From positions 1-35,973 of the IMG/VR virus record IMGVR_UViG_3300037419_000651: a stretch of 35,973 nt of DNA, one strand, 5' to 3'. Of this stretch, positions 35,649 to 35,973 are shown in pieces. Within the stretch, counting starts at the first letter, position 1; the number at the start of each line of letters is the position of its first letter. Under the pieces are notes generated by a model that saw nothing but the letters and a program-made list of their open reading frames with translations, did not search any database and was not told the DNA's origin. Source of the DNA: a virus (Duplodnaviria; Caudoviricetes). The translations under genes and the position numbers were made by a program.

Positions 35649-35973
35649 TACTGCATGGCATCCACGGTTAGCTTGCAGAATGTTCCAATTTTTGTGATAA
35701 AAAATAGAAAATCATCACCTGATGTTGTCGTTAATGGATAGCCATCAACTTTGGAAAATCCCGAAAATGTGATTGTGCCTGCCGATGCATTGTTCGTGAC
35801 CTGCACAATCATTGTGTAGTCACCGGCCACTGTCGGCTTTGCCAGCGTGAAGTTTCCGCCATTGACAATGGTTCTCATATTTCCAGTTGTCGGATCGGGG
35901 GTATAGGTTCCCGATGATTTCGTGCCATCGGCAACGGCTGTAGCGGTAAAGCCGCCTGACAGGCTGTCACCTG
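35648..35973 (-). CDS. Tail fibre protein, 3' part (starts at 818 across the origin)
   Basis: In frame with the 1..818 segment via the 127-nt overlap. Confidence 0.8.
   Translation of the reverse strand, partial: GDSLSGGFTATAVADGTKSSGTYTPDPTTGNMRTIVNGGNFTLAKPTVAGDYTMIVQVTNNASAGTITFSGFSKVDGYPLTTTSGDDFLFFITKIGTFCKLTVDAMQ
35847..35973. repeat. Terminal overlap identical to 1..127
   Basis: Exact match. Confidence 0.97.

Noticed and set aside
76-35741. Numerous 60-200 aa antisense or nested ORFs in the track (e.g. 6102..6650, 28726..29226, 34954..35556)
   Set aside because: They are shadows of well-supported genes on the opposite strand or frame, with no recognisable motifs
35847-35973. 127-bp direct repeat as biological terminal repeats
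   Set aside because: It falls mid-gene and 127 is a common assembler k-mer size; best read as a circular assembly overlap
1-35973. Alternative genetic code, tRNA or rRNA genes
   Set aside because: Core genes are full-length in the standard code, and I saw no cloverleaf or rRNA-like sequence

Overview
The window is a complete circular genome of about 35,846 bp (the last 127 nt repeat the first 127). It is a small temperate podovirus-like phage, probably of an alphaproteobacterial (Rhizobiales-like) host, which is an inference. It carries a full virion module (terS, terL, portal, scaffold, major capsid, adaptor, nozzle, ejection proteins, several tail fibres), a holin and spanins, one helicase-like replication protein, a large serine integrase and a small serine resolvase. 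I recognise no DNA polymerase, primase catalytic domain, sigma factor, RNA polymerase, cI-type repressor or stand-alone endolysin. The main signal is 15 copies of a T4-type late promoter motif (TATAAATA / [AC]TAAATA). Each is co-oriented and lies just upstream of a gene or small RNA, although no gp55-like sigma is encoded. This suggests a self-packaging prophage switched on by, and parasitising, a T4-like helper phage. Supporting oddities: a late-promoter small RNA exposing an anti-RBS/anti-start sequence, homing-endonuclease-derived genes, a thrice-repeated operator palindrome, GANTC sites fused to late promoters, and many TTG starts. All product calls come from motif and synteny recognition, not database searches.
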